NCBI GenBank assembly: GCA_003154195.1
Contig: PMCS01000006.1
Location: 17,676-81,675, forward strand
DNA length: 64,000 nucleotides
Direction of reading: 5' to 3'
From: Candidatus Omnitrophota bacterium
GTDB lineage: Bacteria > Omnitrophota > Gorgyraeia > Duberdicusellales > 4484-171
The first letter of the stretch is position 1. Each line of letters starts with the position of its first letter. The translations under genes and the position numbers were made by a program. Of the stretch, positions 1 through 8,787 are shown piece by piece. The notes beneath the pieces are model-generated. The model did not search any database. It had not been told where the DNA came from and saw only the letters and a program-made list of their open reading frames with translations.

Positions 1-338
1 TAAAAGCGTTCAGCAAGCCGCCGGCCTTGATCGCGCGGGCGATCGAGGAAGGAGATTATAATTTTCTGCAGGCGCTCGACGGTATCGGCAAACAAAAAGC
101 AAAGCAGATAATCGCTTCACTTCAGGGTAAAGTGGGCCGGTTTGCCCTGATAAAAGAAGAAGAGCATTCGTCTCTCGCGGCGCATAAGGAAATCGCCCAG
201 GAAGCGCGGCAGATATTAAAACGGTTGCAGTATAACGCCAAAGAAATAGAAGAGATGATTGATAAAGCGTTAGGGGCGCGCCCGGATATCAGTACCACCG
301 AAGATCTTTTGAATGAAGTTTACCGGCAGAAACATTAA
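1..338 (+). CDS. ruvA: Holliday junction branch-migration protein RuvA, C-terminal portion (5' end cut by window edge)
   Basis: Frame is open from position 1 with no upstream Met in the window. The translation has the helix-hairpin-helix motif LQALDGIGKQKAKQIIASL and a RuvA domain-III-like tail, matching the E. coli RuvA C-terminus from memory. Confidence 0.7.
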   Translation, partial: KAFSKPPALIARAIEEGDYNFLQALDGIGKQKAKQIIASLQGKVGRFALIKEEEHSSLAAHKEIAQEARQILKRLQYNAKEIEEMIDKALGARPDISTTEDLLNEVYRQKH

Positions 339-370
339 ATTTGATAAAAACAACATAAAAAGTCAGAGTA

Positions 371-474
371 TCAGGATATCGGGATTTGGGAATTGGGAGA
401 CTGGGAAATTAAGGCTGTCCCTGATTCCCTAATATTCCAATCTCCAAATCCGGATTCCCTGATACCCCAATTTC
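371..474. repeat. Imperfect long hairpin of degenerate GGGATT/TGGGAA units (G-rich arm, C-rich arm); family H copy 1, ends 10 nt before the scpB start
   Basis: Left arm atcaggatatcgggatttgggaattgggagactgggaaatt; right arm is its approximate reverse complement ...aatccggattccctgataccccaatttcc. The G-rich arm has four GGG tracts (G4-capable) on the + strand. Confidence 0.8.
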
Positions 475-483
475 CTCAATCAT

Positions 484-1389
484 ATGGACGAACCGGATAA
501 TATAATTGCTGAAAATACCGCCGCCGGTAATTACGCGGAGGGCGACAACCGTCCTTCCGGTGAACAGGGCGTCGCGGCGATTGTTTCCTCCGGCAATCCG
601 CCCGTTGCGGGTCACGACGGGGCGGGAAACGATAATAAAGACGCCGGAGGCGCTGAGCCGAAAATATCGCGCGGCGCGTTGAACCGCGAAGATATAAAAC
701 CGATTATCGAATCTTTACTCTTTATCAACGAGAAACCTATCGAACCTAAAGAGATCGTGGGTATTTTAGATATTGACCGCAAGGAGATCGAGCTGGCGCT
801 CGATGAATTAGTCGAGCAATACCGTGGCCGTAGATCCGGGGTATGCATAGTGAAGGTTGCCGGAGGGTACCAGATGTGTTCCGCTCCGGAGAGCGCGCCG
901 TGGGTAAAAAAGATGTACCAGGAGCGCAACAAGCAAAAGTTGTCTTTGCCGGCGCTGGAAACCCTGGCGATCGTCGCTTATAAACAGCCCGTTACCCGGA
1001 TGGAGATTGAGGCGATACGCGGCGTTAACGTTGATAATATGGTGAGAAATTTGACTGAGTTGGGGCTGGTTAAAACTGAAGGGAGAAAGGAAGTTATCGG
1101 CAGGCCGTTTCTTTACATTACGACGCGTAAATTCCTGGAATATTTCGGGCTTAATTCATTAAAAGATTTACCTAAACTGGAAGAATTCTCGGCTATCGTG
1201 GCTAAAGACGGCCTCGCCGGCGGTGACGGCGCGGCATCAGCCCCGGCGGCATCCGATATAGTTAAAGAAGAAGCGGCGGGTAAGGTAAACATTGTTGCCG
1301 CCGGCAATGAGCATGATGGCGATTGCGATGATGAAGATGATGCCGATGACGAAGGCGAAGATGATGCCGACGATAGCGGTGAAGATTAA
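484..1389 (+). CDS. scpB: Segregation and condensation protein B (ScpB) with about 70-aa low-complexity N-terminal extension and D/E-rich C-terminal tail
   Basis: Conserved ScpB core: IIESLLFINEKPIEPKEI...GGYQMCS...LSLPALETLAIVAYKQPVTRMEIEAIRGVNVDNMVRNLTELGLV...GRPFLYITTRKFLEYFGL. The tail DGDCDDEDDADDEGEDDADDSGED is atypical. The true start may be downstream of 484. Confidence 0.8.
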   Translation: MDEPDNIIAENTAAGNYAEGDNRPSGEQGVAAIVSSGNPPVAGHDGAGNDNKDAGGAEPKISRGALNREDIKPIIESLLFINEKPIEPKEIVGILDIDRKEIELALDELVEQYRGRRSGVCIVKVAGGYQMCSAPESAPWVKKMYQERNKQKLSLPALETLAIVAYKQPVTRMEIEAIRGVNVDNMVRNLTELGLVKTEGRKEVIGRPFLYITTRKFLEYFGLNSLKDLPKLEEFSAIVAKDGLAGGDGAASAPAASDIVKEEAAGKVNIVAAGNEHDGDCDDEDDADDEGEDDADDSGED

Positions 1390-1433
1390 TGGGACGGAAG
1401 TGGCGATAACTAAACAATAAATAAACACCGTTT

Positions 1434-1617
1434 TTCATTCGCGTAAGCGAATGACAGTTATTTTTTTGCGCAGCAATCCCCGTTGGGGCAATAAAACTTG
1501 GCCTGCCGTAAACGGCAGGACTTAGTTTTATTGATTCGACTACAGCCTCAATCTGCGCTCGCTTGCGCGGTGCTTGATTTTGGCTAAGTCTCATTAAAAA
1601 ATAAAGGAGGTTGTCAG
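1434..1617. repeat. Mosaic structured repeat (CTCATTAA-terminated family) forming the whole metK upstream region
   Basis: Modules: hairpin cattcgcgtaagcgaatg; tttttttgcgcagcaatccccgttgggg; actacagcctcaatctgcgctcgcttgcgcg; ggctaagtctcattaaaaaat. The same modules recur at 5312, 11071, 34165, 44281, 51880, 54266 and 59428. Confidence 0.85.
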
Positions 1618-2754
1618 ATGAAGACGTTTTTTGCTTCTGAGTCAGTCAGCGAGGGGCATCCCGATAAGGTTTGTGACCAGATATCCGACGCGGTATTGGA
1701 CGCTGTTCTTTCTAAGGATCCCCGCGGCAGAGTCGCCTGCGAAAGCTTAGCGACGCGAGGCCTTATTTTAGTTGCCGGAGAAATAACAACAAAGTGTTAC
1801 GTGGAAATACCAAAAATCGTGCGCAATGTCGTCAAGGAAATAGGCTATGACGATCCGGCCATGGGTTTTGACGGAGATACCTGCGGCGTAGTTACGGCGA
1901 TTCAGGAACAGTCTCCCGATATCGCGCTGGGCGTTGATACGGGCGGCGCCGGCGACCAGGGGCTGATGTTTGGTTTAGCCGTTAACGAAACCGAAGAACT
2001 TATGCCGATGCCGATTATGTTGGCGCATGGTTTAGTCAAGCGTTTATCGGATGTGCGTAAGGAAAAAATCCTGCGTTATTTAAGGCCGGACGGGAAATCG
2101 CAGGTTACCGTGGAATACGAAAACGGAAAACCCAAACGAGTCGATGCCGTTATCATCGGCGCCCATCATAACGAGAGCGTCAAAACTGAACAGCTTCGCG
2201 AGGACATAAAAAAATTAGTCATTGACCAGGTTATTCCCAAGGAGATGGTCGATAAGGGCACTAAGATCTTTATCAACGGAACCGGCCGTTTTGAAATCGG
2301 CGGCCCCGTATCGGATACCGGAGTCACGGGAAGGAAGATTATCGTCGATACCTATGGTGGTTACGCGCACCACGGCGGCGGCGCTTTTTCCGGAAAAGAT
2401 CCGACCAAGGTTGACCGTTCCGCTTCGTATATGGCGCGTTACATTGCCAAAAATATCGTAAAAGCGGGGATTGCTTCGATTTGCGAAGTGCAATTATCGT
2501 ATTGCATCGGCATTGCCGAGCCGGTATCCGTCAACGTCAACACTTTCGGGACGGCCCAGGTTGATGAGAAAAAAATATCCAAAGTAATCAGGGAGTTATT
2601 TAAATTAACACCCCGCGGGATCATCGAAGAGCTTAATTTATTACGGCCGATTTATACCAAGACGGCGGCGTACGGCCATTTCGGCAGGGAAGAAGAGGGG
2701 TTTACCTGGGAAAATACCGATAAGGCTAAAGAGCTAAAGAAAATACTTAAGTAA
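1618..2754 (+). CDS. metK: S-adenosylmethionine synthetase
   Basis: Strong SD aaggagg 8 nt upstream. N-terminus [24 protein letters not shown] and [19 protein letters not shown] motifs are diagnostic of MetK. Confidence 0.97.
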   Translation: MKTFFASESVSEGHPDKVCDQISDAVLDAVLSKDPRGRVACESLATRGLILVAGEITTKCYVEIPKIVRNVVKEIGYDDPAMGFDGDTCGVVTAIQEQSPDIALGVDTGGAGDQGLMFGLAVNETEELMPMPIMLAHGLVKRLSDVRKEKILRYLRPDGKSQVTVEYENGKPKRVDAVIIGAHHNESVKTEQLREDIKKLVIDQVIPKEMVDKGTKIFINGTGRFEIGGPVSDTGVTGRKIIVDTYGGYAHHGGGAFSGKDPTKVDRSASYMARYIAKNIVKAGIASICEVQLSYCIGIAEPVSVNVNTFGTAQVDEKKISKVIRELFKLTPRGIIEELNLLRPIYTKTAAYGHFGREEEGFTWENTDKAKELKKILK

Positions 2755-2968
2755 GCGCTGATGATCGCTGCCCTGGTACCCTGAATAATGTATTTAGGTT
2801 CAGGGCGTCCCGCACCTGGATGTTTATATTCAGGGTAACGGGACTGATTGAGAATCAGCTGATAATCGCGGATAGTAAGATTTATCCGGTATTGGTTTTG
2901 GATTATCTGTGATTATCTGATTCCTTTAATCTGCGATCATCTGTGTTACAAAATTAAAACGAGGAAAA

Positions 2969-4231
2969 ATGAAATACGACGTAAAAAATAAAAGTTTAAG
3001 CAAGGCCGGGAAGAAGCGAATCGAATGGGCGTTGAAACGAATGCCCGTTCTGGAATTAATCCGCGCGCGGTTCGCGAAAGAAAAGCCTTTAAAAGGAGTG
3101 ACGCTGGGCGCCTGCTTGCATGTTACTACCGAAAGCGCGGCGTTGATGCTTACTCTTAAAGAAGCCGGCGCCGACGTGAGTTTATGCGCTTCTAACCCTC
3201 TTTCGACGCAAGACGATACCGCTGCGTCCCTGGTGTGGGATTACGGCATAAAGGTATTTGCCAAGCATGGTGAAGACTCAAAGACGTACTATAGCCATAT
3301 CCGGCAAGTTGTTATGGCGCATCCTCAGGTCACGATGGATGACGGCGCGGACGTTATTGCTTTTATCCATAAAAATCACGCGGCTGATAAGAATATCGTA
3401 TTGCCGTGGGCAAGCACCGAGGAAACGACTACCGGAGTCATCCGTTTGAAAGCCCTGGAGCGGGAGGGCAAACTTTTATACCCGATTGTCGCCGTCAATG
3501 ATGCGCATACCAAGCATCTTTTCGATAATCGTTACGGTACTGGCCAATCAACTCTTGACGGGATCATCCGCGCTACCAATCGCTTGATCGCCGGGACGAC
3601 TTTTGTCGTCGCGGGGTATGGCTGGTGTTCGCGCGGCATTGCCCAGAAAGCCAGGGGCATGGGCGCCAACGTAATCGTTACGGAAGTCGACGCATTCAAA
3701 GCTCTTGAAGCGGTCATGGACGGTTTCCGGGTTATGCCGATGAGCGAAGCAGTTAAGCCGGCTGATGTTATTGTGACGGCAACCGGTGATATCAACGTCG
3801 TCGCCAAACCGCATTTTGCGCTGATGAAAGACGGCGTACTTTTAGCCAACTCCGGCCATTTTAATGTCGAGATAGAATTGCCCGCCTTGGAAAAACTATG
3901 CGTGGCGAAACGCGAAGCTAAACCGATGGTAATGGAATATACTCTTAAAAACCGGAAAAAGATTAATGTTTTAGGCGAGGGGAGGCTGGTCAATCTTGCC
4001 TGTGCCGAAGGCCACCCGGCGGAGGTTATGGATTTAAGTTTTGCCGACCAGTCCTTGAGCGCGGAATATATTGTAAAACATAAAGACGTGCTTGCGAAAA
4101 AAGTATATAAAGTCCCCGACGAAATAGATTATAGCGTCGCGGTTTTAAAACTAAAAGCAATGGGAATCGCAATCGACACCTTGACGGCGGAGCAAAAAAA
4201 ATATCTTTCCAGCTGGGAAGCGGGTACCTAA
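2969..4231 (+). CDS. ahcY: Adenosylhomocysteinase (S-adenosyl-L-homocysteine hydrolase)
   Basis: 420 aa, SD gaggaaaaATG. NAD-binding AGYGWCSRGIAQKARGMGANVIVTEVD and ...KVPDEIDYSVA motifs are typical of SAHH. It is adjacent to metK (SAM cycle). Confidence 0.95.
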   Translation: MKYDVKNKSLSKAGKKRIEWALKRMPVLELIRARFAKEKPLKGVTLGACLHVTTESAALMLTLKEAGADVSLCASNPLSTQDDTAASLVWDYGIKVFAKHGEDSKTYYSHIRQVVMAHPQVTMDDGADVIAFIHKNHAADKNIVLPWASTEETTTGVIRLKALEREGKLLYPIVAVNDAHTKHLFDNRYGTGQSTLDGIIRATNRLIAGTTFVVAGYGWCSRGIAQKARGMGANVIVTEVDAFKALEAVMDGFRVMPMSEAVKPADVIVTATGDINVVAKPHFALMKDGVLLANSGHFNVEIELPALEKLCVAKREAKPMVMEYTLKNRKKINVLGEGRLVNLACAEGHPAEVMDLSFADQSLSAEYIVKHKDVLAKKVYKVPDEIDYSVAVLKLKAMGIAIDTLTAEQKKYLSSWEAGT

Positions 4232-4233
4232 CT

Positions 4234-4302
4234 AACCTAACACTGATTTTCGCTATAGCGAAAATCAGTGTTAGGTTAGGCGACCGAAAAATTCGTTTGA
4301 CA
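4234..4302. repeat. Perfect 20-bp inverted repeat (aacctaacactgattttcgc / gcgaaaatcagtgttaggtt) followed by a second hairpin ccgaaaaatt-cgtttgaca-aatttttcgg, immediately after the ahcY stop
   Basis: Seen directly. There is no U-run after the first stem, so it is not a canonical intrinsic terminator. The second hairpin is followed by a T-rich stretch. Confidence 0.6.
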
Positions 4303-4352
4303 AATTTTTCGGGTGATAGTTATTTTTTTACGAAGTAAAAAAATAAAGTAAT

Positions 4353-5312
4353 ATGAAAATAAAACGTATCGGAGTCTTGACGAGGGATTGCGCCGGCGTA
4401 AATGCCTGTCTCAGGGCGATTGTCCGTACAGCGGCGTATCATAATATCGAAGTCATGGGCATCTTCCGGGGCTATGAAGGCCTGATGAATGACGATATGA
4501 AGATTTTTGACCGCCGTGCGGTTTCGGGAATAATAAATTTAGGCGGAACGATTTTGAAAACTTCCCGCGCGAAAAAATTCATGACCGGCCAAGGCCAGCG
4601 CCGCGCCGTAGCGGTCATCGAGCAGAATAACATCGATGGGCTTATCGTTGTGGGCGGCAACGGTTCGCTTGCCGGGGCGCATGTTTTAGCGGATAAATAT
4701 AATATTCCCGTCATCGGCGTTCCCGCGACCATCGACAACGATATCAATGGAGTGGAGATGTCGATTGGCGCGGATACGGCGATAAATGTTGCTCTCGATG
4801 CATTGGACAAAATCCGCGATACCGCGACATCGCTGGAGCGTATTTTTGTTGTCGAAGTTATGGGGCGCGATTGCGGGTTTATCGCTCTTCGGGCGGCATT
4901 GGCAGGGGGTTGCGAAGATGCTATAATCCCCGAGAAGAAATTCAGTATCGAAAAAATCGCCGAGGAGATTACCGAAGGCAATGTCCGCGGAAAAGTCAGC
5001 TGGATTGTGGTGGTTGCCGAAGGAAAAGCCAAAGCCGGCGTTATCGCCGGGCAAATTACCGGCCTTACGGGATTGGAAACCCGGGAGGTGGTCCTGGGCC
5101 ATATCCAGAGAGGCGGGATACCGACGGCGTTTGACCGGATTTTAGCGGCGCGTTACGGCAATTACGCCGTCGAATTATTAAAAAACGGGGAAAGCGGAAA
5201 GTGCGTTGCGATAAAAAATTATCAAATGTCGTCAGTTCCGCTGGCGCAAGCGATTAAGCATAAGGATATTCAAGCTGAAGATTACTATAAACTAATTAAG
5301 TTGTTGACTTGA
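4353..5312 (+). CDS. pfkA: ATP-dependent 6-phosphofructokinase
   Basis: MKIKRIGVLTRDCAGVNACLRAIV...VVGGNGSLAGAH...IDNDI motifs of PfkA. It is preceded by the short conserved leader ttttttacgaagtaaaaaaataaagtaatATG. Confidence 0.93.
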   Translation: MKIKRIGVLTRDCAGVNACLRAIVRTAAYHNIEVMGIFRGYEGLMNDDMKIFDRRAVSGIINLGGTILKTSRAKKFMTGQGQRRAVAVIEQNNIDGLIVVGGNGSLAGAHVLADKYNIPVIGVPATIDNDINGVEMSIGADTAINVALDALDKIRDTATSLERIFVVEVMGRDCGFIALRAALAGGCEDAIIPEKKFSIEKIAEEITEGNVRGKVSWIVVVAEGKAKAGVIAGQITGLTGLETREVVLGHIQRGGIPTAFDRILAARYGNYAVELLKNGESGKCVAIKNYQMSSVPLAQAIKHKDIQAEDYYKLIKLLT

Positions 5313-5413
5313 TTATTTTTTAAAATACCTTATACCCCCTCGCGTTGCTCGGGGGTAATTCGATTACAGCCTCACTGAGCGTGACATACACGCTCGTTCG
5401 GCTAAATCTCATT
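5312..5413. repeat. Mosaic repeat (CTCATTAA family, short form) abutting the aldolase-like start codon
   Basis: ccccctcgcgttgctcggggg hairpin; tacagcctcactgagcgtgacatacacgctc (7-bp stem); ggctaaatctcattATG. Same module order as 1434..1617 but with different, compensating stem sequences. Confidence 0.75.
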
Positions 5414-6823
5414 ATGATTTTTAAAAACGAAGAAGAAATTTTTCAGGAAGGTATCGTCGCTCAGGATAGCGGCAAGCTTGTGATCAAAGACCGGGATGTC
5501 TTTTGCGACCGGTTTATTGACGATATCGCCGACACTCTTGTTTTGAGCAATTCACGGGACACCAAAAGCGTATGCTATTGGATTGCTTACGAAGCGGCGT
5601 TGCAGTTTGGCATTTTTCCTTCTTCGATGCAGGGTCTTTATGAAGCGCGAGGCAGGAACGAGGTGGGCGGTTTTACCGTTCCGGCGATTAATTTAAGGAC
5701 GCTGGCCTATGATTTATCCCGGGCGGTATTCCGGTCGGCTAAAAAAATTAACGCTTCCGCCTTTATTTTTGAAATTACCCGGGGTGAAATTAATTATACC
5801 GAGCAGACGCCGGAGGAGTATTCAAGCGTTATCTTGCTTGCCGCGATTAAGGAAAATTACAGCGGCCCGGTATTCTTGCAAGGCGATCATTTTGAGATTG
5901 ACGCGGCAAATTATAACTACGATAAGAACCACGAAATCACCGCGATCAAGCAGCTGATTGAGGAAGCGGTCGGCGCCGCGTTCTATAATATCGATATTGA
6001 TTCCTCAACTTTAGTTGAGCTGGCAAAAGAAGATGTCGCCGCGCAACAGAGGCCTAATTATGAAACGTGCGCGTTCCTCACAAAGTTTATCCGCCAGATT
6101 CAGCCTTCCGGTATTTTCATTGCCGTGGGAGGCGAAATCGGCGAAATCGGCGGTAAGAATTCTACGCCGGAGGAATTAAACGTTTTTATGCAAGGTTATC
6201 TGGCTTGCCTTGAAGGGGTTAAGGGGATAACAAAATTGAGTATCCAAACCGGAGCGGTCAGCGGAGGAATCCCTTTACCGGACGGCGCCATCGCCAGAGC
6301 AAATATTGATTTCCAGATTCTGCGTGAGCTTTCGGAATTGGCCCGGCGCCAATACGGTTTATCGGGGTGCGTCCAGCAGGGCGCTTCTACCTTGCCCAAC
6401 GAGGCATTCCATAAATTTTCCGAAGTAGAATGTTCGGAGATACATTTAGCGACGCAGTTTCAAAATACCGTTTACGATTACCTGCCGATTTCCTTAAAAG
6501 AAAAAATTTATGATTGGCTGCACGATAACTATGCCCATGAACGCAAGGCCGGCCAGACCACCGACCAGTTTATCTATGTAACGCGTAAAAACGCATTCGC
6601 GCCGTTTAAGAAAGCTATTTTTTCTCTGCGCCGGGATTTAAAAAATCGAATATCAAAGGCGATGGAAGAGGAGTTTGATTTTTTGTTTGAGCAACTGCGG
6701 ATTAAAGATACGCGTACCATCGTAGAAAAATATATTAAACCCGTGGCCATTGAAAAAAATAAAGAAGATTTTACTTACGAAAAGGTTGGGCGAGATACGC
6801 CCGCCGAGCCGGAGTCCGAATAG
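5414..6823 (+). CDS. Class II aldolase-fold protein (fructose-bisphosphate aldolase class II / GatZ-KbaZ-like), divergent
   Basis: Start moved to the internal Met (track ORF begins 5345) because 5345-5413 is a repeat module. Motifs [24 protein letters not shown] and LATQFQN align to the class II FBA motifs DH, ELGxxGGEEDG, FHGGSG and TDTQ. Several Zn-ligand His positions appear substituted. Adjacent to pfkA. Confidence 0.55.
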   Translation: MIFKNEEEIFQEGIVAQDSGKLVIKDRDVFCDRFIDDIADTLVLSNSRDTKSVCYWIAYEAALQFGIFPSSMQGLYEARGRNEVGGFTVPAINLRTLAYDLSRAVFRSAKKINASAFIFEITRGEINYTEQTPEEYSSVILLAAIKENYSGPVFLQGDHFEIDAANYNYDKNHEITAIKQLIEEAVGAAFYNIDIDSSTLVELAKEDVAAQQRPNYETCAFLTKFIRQIQPSGIFIAVGGEIGEIGGKNSTPEELNVFMQGYLACLEGVKGITKLSIQTGAVSGGIPLPDGAIARANIDFQILRELSELARRQYGLSGCVQQGASTLPNEAFHKFSEVECSEIHLATQFQNTVYDYLPISLKEKIYDWLHDNYAHERKAGQTTDQFIYVTRKNAFAPFKKAIFSLRRDLKNRISKAMEEEFDFLFEQLRIKDTRTIVEKYIKPVAIEKNKEDFTYEKVGRDTPAEPESE

Positions 6824-6897
6824 AGCGTCAGAATGATTTAGCTTTGACACTTTGCCGCTATGACGCTTTGCCGCTATTAATTATAGGGGGAGGAACG

Positions 6898-8562
6898 ATG
6901 CGCTCCGATAAGATTAAAAAAGGTTTAGAGAGGATGCCCAATCGCGCGTTACTGTACGCAACCGGGTTGAGCGCTTCGCATTTAGACCGGCCGTTTATCG
7001 GCATCGCCTCGTCGTTTACGGATCTTATTCCGGGGCATACCAACATGCGTGTTCTGGAGCGCTATATCGAGCGCGGCGTAGAAAACGGCGGCGGAACGCC
7101 TTTTATTTTCGGCGTACCGGGCATTTGCGACGGTATCGCGATGGGGCACGGCGGGATGAAGTATTCCCTGGCTTCGCGTGAGTTGATTGCCGACATCATC
7201 GAAACCGTGGCTGGCGCGCATAGCCTCGATGGCCTGGTGCTTTTGACGAATTGCGACAAGATCACCCCCGGTATGATTATGGGGGCCTTACGCATAAATA
7301 TACCCGTGATTGTGGTTACCGCCGGCCCGATGCTGGCCGGTCATTTTAAGGGGGAACGCAGTCTTTCGCTGATAAAGGGGACATTTGAGGCAGTCGGCAG
7401 GGCTAAGGTCGGACAATTAAGCGAAGCTGACCGAAGGATCATGGAGGTTGAATCGTGCCCCTCCTGCGGGTCATGCCAGGGGCTTTATACCGCTAATACC
7501 ATGGCCTGCATTACGGAAGCCATGGGGTTGTCACTGCCTTATTGCGCTGCGGTTCCCGCGGTTTTAAGCAAAAAAACACGGATTGCCTATGAAAGCGGCC
7601 GGCGTATCGTCGGGCTCGTAAAAAATGATGTGACTCCTTTAAAGATCGTCAATAGAAAATCTTTAGAAAACGCGATAATGGTAGATATGGCTTTGGGCGG
7701 TTCATCGAATACTGTCCTGCATTTAATGGCGATTGCCGACGAAGCCGGGATAACGCTGAAGCTAAAGGATTTTGACCGGATCAGCAAAAAAACCTGTCAT
7801 ATATCGAATATCGACCCGGCGGGAAATTATTTCATGGAAGACTTAGACCGCGCGGGAGGGATACCGGCGGTTTTGAAGCGTTACGGTGATGTCATTAATG
7901 ATAACATCACCGTTTCGGGAATAAATATTAAAAAAATCGCGCAGGGCGCGCATATCTACGACGAAGACGTGATACGGCCGCTGGATAATCCTTATCATAA
8001 AGAAGGCGGAATCGCGATACTCTATGGTAATCTTGCTCCCGATGGCTGTGTGGTAAAGCAGTCGGCCGTCGACCGCGAGATGCTTAAATTCCAGGGCCGG
8101 GCGGTTGTGTTTAATTCCGAGGAACAGGCAATGAGCGCGATACTGGCGGGTAAGATTAAAAAGGGCAGTGTGCTGGTGATCAGGTACGAGGGGCCGGCCG
8201 GCGGCCCGGGGATGCGGGAAATGCTTTCTCCCACGTCCGCGATTATCGGCATGGGGTTACACAAAAATACGGCGTTGATTACCGACGGGCGTTTTTCCGG
8301 CGGGACGCGCGGGCCATGCATCGGGCATATCTCTCCCGAAGCTTCCTCCGGCGGTTTAATCGCCTATCTTAAAGACGGCGATATGATTTCCATCGATATC
8401 CCGCAGCGAAAAATATGCGCCGGGTTAAGCGGCGACGAAATAAAAAAACGTAAACGGTCGATGAGCATTTTGCGGCATAAAATAAAATCAGGATATTTGT
8501 ACCGATACTCTAAAATTGTGACATCGGCTTCTACGGGGGCGGTTTTTAAGCCCGATGTATAG
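6898..8562 (+). CDS. ilvD: Dihydroxy-acid dehydratase
   Basis: Start at the internal Met 6898, preceded by SD gggggagg (track ORF starts 6844). Motifs [23 protein letters not shown] and [20 protein letters not shown]. About 555 aa. Confidence 0.95.
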   Translation: MRSDKIKKGLERMPNRALLYATGLSASHLDRPFIGIASSFTDLIPGHTNMRVLERYIERGVENGGGTPFIFGVPGICDGIAMGHGGMKYSLASRELIADIIETVAGAHSLDGLVLLTNCDKITPGMIMGALRINIPVIVVTAGPMLAGHFKGERSLSLIKGTFEAVGRAKVGQLSEADRRIMEVESCPSCGSCQGLYTANTMACITEAMGLSLPYCAAVPAVLSKKTRIAYESGRRIVGLVKNDVTPLKIVNRKSLENAIMVDMALGGSSNTVLHLMAIADEAGITLKLKDFDRISKKTCHISNIDPAGNYFMEDLDRAGGIPAVLKRYGDVINDNITVSGINIKKIAQGAHIYDEDVIRPLDNPYHKEGGIAILYGNLAPDGCVVKQSAVDREMLKFQGRAVVFNSEEQAMSAILAGKIKKGSVLVIRYEGPAGGPGMREMLSPTSAIIGMGLHKNTALITDGRFSGGTRGPCIGHISPEASSGGLIAYLKDGDMISIDIPQRKICAGLSGDEIKKRKRSMSILRHKIKSGYLYRYSKIVTSASTGAVFKPDV

Positions 8563-8582
8563 GAATTTCTTTTTAGAGGATA

Positions 8583-8708
8583 TTAGGGGATTAGGATATC
8601 AGGATTTGGGGATTGGGAAATTAGTAGTGAACGGTAAAGAGGCGATAGCCGAATATCCCAATACCCTAATTTCCAAATCCTAATTTCCCGATATCCCAAT
8701 TTCCTTAA
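8583..8708. repeat. G-tract/C-tract imperfect hairpin element, family H copy 2, directly upstream of mreB
   Basis: ggggattaggatatcaggatttggggattgggaaatt ... aatttccaaatcctaatttcccgatatcccaatttcc. Related to the 371..474 element. Confidence 0.8.
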
Positions 8709-8787
8709 TTTAAGAAGGGAATTGTTTCCTTCGCTGCGGTTCGAAATGTTATTGACAATCGACAGCGCCTCTGTTATTATTTTCATA

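Noticed and set aside
2755-2968. Possible SAH riboswitch upstream of ahcY, or SAM riboswitch upstream of metK
   Set aside because: The metK upstream region is fully occupied by a mosaic repeat. The ahcY leader has only simple hairpins and repeated gattatctg units. I could not recognise the conserved SAH- or SAM-riboswitch cores.
4472-5134. Antisense/alternate-frame ORFs within pfkA (4472..5032 -, 4686..5102 -, 4871..5134 +)
   Set aside because: They are shadow ORFs of the conserved PfkA coding frame. The Arg-rich 4871..5134 product is typical of out-of-frame translation of GC-rich coding DNA.
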